64,000 bases of DNA, from the NCBI GenBank assembly GCA_963675665.1, contig OY776510.1, positions 4,256,001 to 4,320,000 of the forward strand. The letters run 5' to 3'. A program made the translations under genes and the position numbers. This document shows, one piece after another, positions 57,950-64,000 of the stretch; the first letter of the stretch is position 1, and every line of letters begins with the position of its first letter. This DNA is from Spirochaetia bacterium. GTDB lineage: Bacteria; Spirochaetota; Spirochaetia; UBA9216. The notes below the pieces were generated by a model. That model was not told the origin of the DNA. It searched no databases and saw nothing but the letters and a program-made list of their open reading frames with translations.

Positions 57950-59258
57950 ACTTCTCCAGTTTGTTATAAAGTGTTTTCCGGCTCATTTTCAGAACTTCAG
58001 CCGTTTTTGTTTTATTATTGTCATTTTTCAGCAGAGTATTCAGAATCAGCTGTTTCTCCATGTCTTCCCTGATATTATCAGTTTGCTTTTCCGGAGTACT
58101 TCTGCGATGCTGCATTCCGAGCGGCAGGTCTTCGATTTTTATTTCTTCATCCGCAGCAACTGCACAAGCATACTGAATGGTGTTTTTCAGCTCCCGGATA
58201 TTTCCGGGCCATGTATATTCAAGAAAAAGATCTATCACCTCGGCAGATAATTTGCGTTTTTTAACCGTGCCTACACAATAATCGCTGATAAAATATTCGG
58301 ATAGTACAGGAATGTCCTCTTTGCGTTCCTTCAGCGGCGGCAATTTGATAACGGCAGTACTGAGCCTGTAAAAAAGGTCTTCCCGGAATTCCTTCCGTGC
58401 GATCATCTGTTCAAGGTTTTTGTTTGTTGCGGCAATGAAACGGACATCAACGGTAATCGTTTTATTACCACCTATCCGCCTTACTTCCTTGTTCTGCAGT
58501 GTTCTTAGAATCTTTGACTGAATTGCCAGCGACATATCGCCTATTTCATCCATAAACAGATTGCTGCCGTCGGCACGCTCGAATATTCCTTTATAATCTG
58601 AATTGGCCCCGGTATATGCACCTTTGTTATGACCGAAAAGTTCATTGTCAAGGATACTTTCCTGAAATGCCGCGCAGTTGATTTTTTGCAGACAGGATGT
58701 GCTTCTGGGAGAAATATCATGAATATAATCTGCCAGAACTTCTTTACCGGTTCCGTTTTCACCCAGAATAAGAATAGGCAAATCAGTAGCGGCAAGCTTT
58801 CTCGCCCTGGCCAGCGTTTTTATCAGATCCGGATTTTTTGTAATAAAATCTCCATGCTCATTACATACAGCAGTATCAACAGTATTGGTTGATTCGTTAT
58901 CGGCTATTGCCGATTCAACGACCCTCAGCAGCAGATCAAAATCAACCGGTTTTTGTATGTAATCGTAAGCTCCGATTTTTATCGTATCAACAGCGGATTC
59001 AATCGAACCGTATCCGGTAATCATTATTACCGGTATGTTTTTCTTCAGAGACATAATGTCCCGTAAAAGCCTGCGGCTGTCTTCATCACCAAGCATCAGA
59101 TCAAGCAGAATGAGATCAAAATTATTCAGTTTAACGCTTTCCAGCGCAGTTCTGCTGTCGTTTGCCCAAGAAACCTTGTACCCCAGCTGTTCGAAGTTTA
59201 CAGCCAGACTCTTGCATACCTTAACCTTGTCGTCAATTATGAAAATATTCCTGACCAT
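57930..59258 (-). CDS. Sigma54-dependent response regulator (NtrC family)
   Basis: Receiver (IIDD, LDL, KP), GENGTGKE, GAYTGA, FREDLFYRL, Fis HTH. Confidence 0.95.
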   Translation of the reverse strand: MVRNIFIIDDKVKVCKSLAVNFEQLGYKVSWANDSRTALESVKLNNFDLILLDLMLGDEDSRRLLRDIMSLKKNIPVIMITGYGSIESAVDTIKIGAYDYIQKPVDFDLLLRVVESAIADNESTNTVDTAVCNEHGDFITKNPDLIKTLARARKLAATDLPILILGENGTGKEVLADYIHDISPRSTSCLQKINCAAFQESILDNELFGHNKGAYTGANSDYKGIFERADGSNLFMDEIGDMSLAIQSKILRTLQNKEVRRIGGNKTITVDVRFIAATNKNLEQMIARKEFREDLFYRLSTAVIKLPPLKERKEDIPVLSEYFISDYCVGTVKKRKLSAEVIDLFLEYTWPGNIRELKNTIQYACAVAADEEIKIEDLPLGMQHRRSTPEKQTDNIREDMEKQLILNTLLKNDNNKTKTAEVLKMSRKTLYNKLEKYGISEG

Positions 59259-59416
59259 AATGTTACGTAATTATACAAACCTTCCTTTTAAACCGTATAA
59301 AATGGTGACACTGAATTATCAGGTTTAAACCCATATCTGTCAAGCAGGTATAATAAAACGACTTATCTCATTACAACACAATAATTTATATTTACACGTT
59401 TCGGCCGATAGCTCTT

Positions 59417-59431
59417 TGGCACGTCGATTGC
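59417..59431 (+). promoter_or_regulatory. Sigma54 (-24/-12) promoter of the ADH-ADH-GRE operon
   Basis: TGGCACGTCGATTGC. Confidence 0.8.
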
Positions 59432-59472
59432 TTGTGTATTTTTGGTATAATAAATTAAATCGGAGGCTGATT

Positions 59473-60510
59473 TTGATTCCTGAAACAATGAAGGCTGGCG
59501 TGATGACGGAGCCTGGTAAAATAACTGTTCAAGAAGTAAAAACTCCTGAAATCGGAGATAATGATGTATTAATAAAGGTCAGGTACTGCGGTATCTGCGG
59601 AACCGACGTGCATATATTCAACGGCGTATACAGCAGAGATAAACTGCCGCTTATCCCCGGGCATGAATTTGTCGGAGAAATTGCCGCAATGGGAAAAAAC
59701 GTTACCAGGTATAAAATCGGCGACACAGTTACTGCCGATATAAATCTCAGCTGCGGATCATGCATCTACTGCCTTCAGAATAAACCGCTTTTATGCAGCG
59801 AGATGAGTCAGGTGGGAATTCATCAGAACGGCGCCTTTGCAGAATATGTCGCATTTCCGGCGGAGAGCGTTGTAGAACTGAATCCGGATACACCTAAAGA
59901 AAAACTTGCACTCATAGAGCCTGTATCATGCTGCGTAAGAACATTCCGGATGGCGGAGATATCTTTCGCAAAAAGCGTTGCAATAATAGGCGGCGGAAGC
60001 ATGGGCCTTCTTCTTTTACAAATGGCAAAGCTTGTCGGAGCCGCTCCGGTCATCATGGTGGCCCGCCGACAGGAAACCCTTGACCTTGCAGTTGAAATGG
60101 GCGCCGACGACACCGTGCTTATCGGCAATGGAGATACCGACAGGCTGAAAGAACTTACCGGAGGCCAGGGAGCTGATTTTGTTATCGAAGCAGTCGGCAG
60201 AAAAGAAACCTATGAGAAAGCATGTGAGATGCTGGGACCCGGCGGAAGGCTGGTTGCGTTCGGGATAATGGAACAGGGTGAAAAAACGCCGTTTGAGTTT
60301 TTTAACACTGTTTTGCTGGAACAAAGCTTAACCGGCTCATGCGCCGGAATGGGAATCGACTTTCATGAAGCAAAAAGGCTTGTTGAGTACGATCGTTTCG
60401 ACCTGGGCAGGTACAGCAACAATATTGTCCCGCTTGAGCGGATTGCCGACGGTTTCAACATGGCGATAAACGATAAAACGGTTTTGAAAGTAATCATTGA
60501 TATGGGATGA
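59473..60510 (+). CDS. Zn-dependent (MDR) polyol/sugar-alcohol dehydrogenase
   Basis: CGTD, GHEF, CxxCxxC...C, GGGSMG; GGAGG RBS before TTG 59473 (ATG 59488 alternative). Confidence 0.9.
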   Translation: MIPETMKAGVMTEPGKITVQEVKTPEIGDNDVLIKVRYCGICGTDVHIFNGVYSRDKLPLIPGHEFVGEIAAMGKNVTRYKIGDTVTADINLSCGSCIYCLQNKPLLCSEMSQVGIHQNGAFAEYVAFPAESVVELNPDTPKEKLALIEPVSCCVRTFRMAEISFAKSVAIIGGGSMGLLLLQMAKLVGAAPVIMVARRQETLDLAVEMGADDTVLIGNGDTDRLKELTGGQGADFVIEAVGRKETYEKACEMLGPGGRLVAFGIMEQGEKTPFEFFNTVLLEQSLTGSCAGMGIDFHEAKRLVEYDRFDLGRYSNNIVPLERIADGFNMAINDKTVLKVIIDMG

Positions 60511-60546
60511 TCCCTTAAAGTCAATCAGGATACAGGAGATAAAAAC

Positions 60547-61566
60547 TTGAAAGCATTGGTATGGACCGGCGCGGATCAGTCGGCAATTAGAGAAATTGAC
60601 AAACCTGAAATAAAAGAGGATGAAGTTCTGCTTAAGGTAAAGGCAACCGGCGTATGCGGAACCGATCTTACAATATTCAAGGGATATTTTCCCGCCCACA
60701 GGGCTGTTGCTCCCATGGCGCTCGGCCATGAAATGAGCGGGGTAATAGCCGAAAAAGGAAATGCCGTAACAGGCTATGAAGTCGGAGACAGGGTTATTGC
60801 CGATCCGCTGATTTCATGCGGGACCTGTTATAATTGCGTTAAGGGGCTCAGGCACATATGCAAAACGCTTGCCCTGTTCGGGGTGGACAGCGACGGATCC
60901 TTCGCTGAATATGTAAAGGTAAAAGCAGAAAAACTGTACCGGATACCCGATACGCTGTCATTTGAGAAAGCCGCGCTTTTTGAACCGCTCGCTGTCGCCG
61001 TACACGCAGTCAGGCGCTCAAAACTTGCAACCGGGGATACGGTAATGGTAATCGGCGGCGGGCCAATCGGAATTCTTATTGCAATGGTAGCCGAAACTGC
61101 CGGTGCCAGAACAATCATCGTATCCGAGATCCAGCAGTCGCGTCTGAATCTTCTTAATGAATACGGATTTAAAACAATCAATCCTGCAAAAATTGACAAT
61201 GAATCAATTATCAATAATTATTATGAAGGAGCAGGCCCGGAAGTTGTATTTGAAGTAACCGGAACAGCAGGCGGTTTTCAGGCGGCTATTGATATTGCCT
61301 GTTACAGGGGCCGCATCATGGAAGTCGGAGTGCCCAAAGGCGAGCAGACAATGGATATCCGGAAAGGCAACTTCGGTGAACTTGAAATTTTAGGTTCGCG
61401 TGTTTACGAACCGGTTGATATCAAAACAGCACTTAAAATAATTGATGATGCCCGTTATGACTGGGACAAACTGATCACAACATTTCCGCTGGAAAAGGGA
61501 CCGGAAGTTCTTACCGAACTTGCAAGCGGTAAAACATCATTAATGAAAGCAATCTTCACGTTGTAG
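60547..61566 (+). CDS. Zn-dependent (MDR) polyol/sugar-alcohol dehydrogenase
   Basis: CGTD, GHEM, CxxCxxC...C, GGGPIG. Confidence 0.9.
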   Translation: MKALVWTGADQSAIREIDKPEIKEDEVLLKVKATGVCGTDLTIFKGYFPAHRAVAPMALGHEMSGVIAEKGNAVTGYEVGDRVIADPLISCGTCYNCVKGLRHICKTLALFGVDSDGSFAEYVKVKAEKLYRIPDTLSFEKAALFEPLAVAVHAVRRSKLATGDTVMVIGGGPIGILIAMVAETAGARTIIVSEIQQSRLNLLNEYGFKTINPAKIDNESIINNYYEGAGPEVVFEVTGTAGGFQAAIDIACYRGRIMEVGVPKGEQTMDIRKGNFGELEILGSRVYEPVDIKTALKIIDDARYDWDKLITTFPLEKGPEVLTELASGKTSLMKAIFTL

Positions 61567-61581
61567 TAGGAGGAATGATAA

Positions 61582-63993
61582 ATGGCGATAGAAGTAAGAT
61601 TAACCGATTCAGATGCAGCTAAAGCAGTCAAATGGCGCACTTCAAAGCTTAATGAAGAAGTACTGGCTGTCGAACCTGAAATCTGCATAGAACGGGCAAG
61701 GCTTGTTACCGAATCATATAAAAAAACCGAAACCGAACCGATGATAATCCGCAGGGCAAAAGCGCTGGCAAACGTTCTTGAAAATCAGACGATATTCATT
61801 CATAAAGATCAGCTTATTGCCGGTGTACAGGCAAGTAAACTCCGTTCATCTCCGCTTTTCCCTGAAACCGAAGCAAACTACCTGAAAAAGGAAATCGATC
61901 TCTTTGAAAAAAGGGAACAGGACAGACTGATTGTTCCGGCCGACGTAAGAAAAGAACTTCTGGAAGAAATTCTTCCGTACTGGAAAGGCAAATGTATAGA
62001 TGAGATTGCACTCGCTGCAATGCCCGAAAAGACCCGCGAGATTGCAATGCTCGAGAACCAGATTTTCTCGGTTGGAATACACCTTACCGGTTCAATCGGC
62101 CATATAATAGCCGATTACGACAGGGTAATTGCAAGAGGTTTTCTCGGCATCAGGGAAGACGCTGAAAATTATCTCAAAACCGTTGACTTTTCAGATCCTG
62201 AAAATACATCAAAGCTTCATTTCTATAAGGCTATCATAATCGTGTGCGATGCAGTGATGGCCTGGGGCAAACGGTATGCTGTTCTTGCGCGGGAAGAAGC
62301 AATAAAAGAAACGGATGAACGTTGGAAAAAAGAACTTGATACAATGGCCGACATCTGCGAACGTGTTCCGGCCCTTCCGGCCAGAAATTTCCGCGAAGCC
62401 GTGCAGGCTTTCTGGTTCTCACATCTGCTTTGTTATATTGAGCAGAACGGACTTGCTGTTTCGGTAGGGCGTTTTGATCAGTTTATGTACCCTTATTACA
62501 GGCAGGACATTGATAACGGCGCCATCACCAAAGATGAAGCCCAGGAGCTGTTGGAATGCCTGTGGATTAAATTCACCGAGGTTATGAGAGCATACGATTT
62601 TGAATGTGCAAAATATTATGCCGGATTTTCAATCTCCGAAAACCTTGTTCTGGGCGGAGTTACCCCGGACGGAAAAGATGCGACCAACGAACTTTCCTAC
62701 ATGTGTCTCGACGCAGAATCCCACACAAGCCTTTCGCAACCTAATCTCGCAGTTCGTGTTCACAACAATATGCCGGAGGATTTCTTCCGCAAAGCAGTCA
62801 GGCTTGCATCAACAGGCCGGACAAAACCCGAGTTTTTCAACGATTCAGTTGCGCTTCAGTCGCTGCTGTCGCTCGGTGTCCCTTTAAAAGATGCCCGCGA
62901 CTATTCTATTTCCGGATGTGTGGAAGCAGTTCCGCCGCATACAAACGGAATGACAAACGCAGCAATGTCGAATATTGCAAAGGCGCTTGAGCTTGCTCTT
63001 AACGACGGGGTATGCAGACTTACCGGAAAGCAGATAGGACCGAAAACCGGCGACCCGCGGGAGTTTAAATCCATTCGCGAGTTGCTTGATGCATTCAAAA
63101 ACCAGGTTGCCGCATATGTAAAAGAGATGGTGACCGCGCTTCAGTTTATCGAAAAAACCCATGCTCAATATTATCCGCTGCCATACTTCTCGCTGATTAT
63201 GGACGACTGTCTTGAACTGGGCCTGGATATAACCGAAGGCGGCGCCCGATATAATTATACAGGTCCGCAGGCGGTAGGTCTGTCGGATGTTGCTGATTCG
63301 CTGGCGGCCATAGGAAAATTCGTCTTTGACGACAAGAGCATTTCAATGGATCAGCTTCTTAAAGCTCTTAACGACAATTTTGAAGGAAGCGAAGAACTCC
63401 GCCAGCGTCTTTCGAACAAAGCGCCGAAATACGGCAACGACGATGATTACGTCGATTCACTCGCCGCTGAAGTTGTAAAAATCTACTGCGAAGAAGTTGA
63501 ACAGTATAAAAACACCCGCGGCGGCGTTTACCGTCCGGGCGTATATTCGGTATCTGCAAATGTTCCGCTGGGAATGCATGTCGGTGCAACACCGAACGGC
63601 CGGTTCAGCCGGGCGGCGCTCGGAGACGGCGTAGGACCCGTTCAGGCCTGCGATATAATGGGCCCCACCGCGGTTACCCGCTCCGTTGCAAAACTAAATC
63701 ATGAACTGGTAACAAACGGGACCCTTCTGAACCAGAAATTCAGCCGGGATCTAATGAACTCAGACGAAGGCAAACAGGGACTGGGCGATCTAATCCGAAG
63801 TTACTTTGATCTCGGCGGATGGCATATCCAGTTCAATGTAGTCGACGCAAAAGTATTGCGTGAAGCGCAGACCAAACCGCAGGACCACAAAGACCTTATT
63901 ATCAGGGTTGCCGGATACAGCGCTTTCTTTGTTGAACTCGACAGCAAGGTACAGGATGACATCATTAACAGAACTGAACAAAAGAAATTCTAA
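61582..63993 (+). CDS. Glycyl radical enzyme (PFL2/eliminase-type, substrate unknown)
   Basis: GRFDQ, single-Cys loop SGCVE, glycyl motif RVAGYSA, 803 aa. Confidence 0.92.
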   Translation: MAIEVRLTDSDAAKAVKWRTSKLNEEVLAVEPEICIERARLVTESYKKTETEPMIIRRAKALANVLENQTIFIHKDQLIAGVQASKLRSSPLFPETEANYLKKEIDLFEKREQDRLIVPADVRKELLEEILPYWKGKCIDEIALAAMPEKTREIAMLENQIFSVGIHLTGSIGHIIADYDRVIARGFLGIREDAENYLKTVDFSDPENTSKLHFYKAIIIVCDAVMAWGKRYAVLAREEAIKETDERWKKELDTMADICERVPALPARNFREAVQAFWFSHLLCYIEQNGLAVSVGRFDQFMYPYYRQDIDNGAITKDEAQELLECLWIKFTEVMRAYDFECAKYYAGFSISENLVLGGVTPDGKDATNELSYMCLDAESHTSLSQPNLAVRVHNNMPEDFFRKAVRLASTGRTKPEFFNDSVALQSLLSLGVPLKDARDYSISGCVEAVPPHTNGMTNAAMSNIAKALELALNDGVCRLTGKQIGPKTGDPREFKSIRELLDAFKNQVAAYVKEMVTALQFIEKTHAQYYPLPYFSLIMDDCLELGLDITEGGARYNYTGPQAVGLSDVADSLAAIGKFVFDDKSISMDQLLKALNDNFEGSEELRQRLSNKAPKYGNDDDYVDSLAAEVVKIYCEEVEQYKNTRGGVYRPGVYSVSANVPLGMHVGATPNGRFSRAALGDGVGPVQACDIMGPTAVTRSVAKLNHELVTNGTLLNQKFSRDLMNSDEGKQGLGDLIRSYFDLGGWHIQFNVVDAKVLREAQTKPQDHKDLIIRVAGYSAFFVELDSKVQDDIINRTEQKKF

Positions 63994-64000
63994 TATGTCG

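Noticed and set aside
61582-63993. Annotation as pyruvate formate-lyase
   Set aside because: Has a single-Cys GCVE loop rather than the adjacent Cys-Cys pair of PFL

Overview
This is a chromosomal window, most likely from a free-living anaerobic spirochaete. The assignment is inferred from a short AlaRS lacking the C-Ala domain, a FliG1-type paralogue, a FapA/DUF342 protein and spirochaetal lipoboxes. Housekeeping genes are hisZ-hisG-hisB, rlmN, alaS, dtd and tRNA-Phe. They are interleaved with accessory modules: (1) a TonB-ExbBD uptake system; (2) a c-di-GMP/motility cluster (EAL protein, fliG paralogue, stand-alone MshEN-like protein, plus a distant PilZ protein); (3) a sulfur-relay operon (split YeeE, TusA, TrxR-Trx fusion, two rhodanese lipoproteins); (4) two AidH-like hydrolases with a hybrid kinase-LuxR protein and a CsgG-like operon; (5) an Arn-like envelope-modification operon with an ATP-grasp ligase and an ABC importer; (6) Mn (yybP-ykoY) and purine riboswitches; (7) a permease-less 'ABC'/GTPase metal-handling operon under an Rrf2 regulator; and (8) a sigma54-controlled glycyl-radical-enzyme locus whose sensor kinase is fused to an ABC ATPase domain. 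A small multi-hairpin intergenic repeat family linked to duplicated ribosome-binding sites is also visible. No CRISPR array, rRNA or intact transposase was seen. All family calls come from motif recognition by eye, with no database search.
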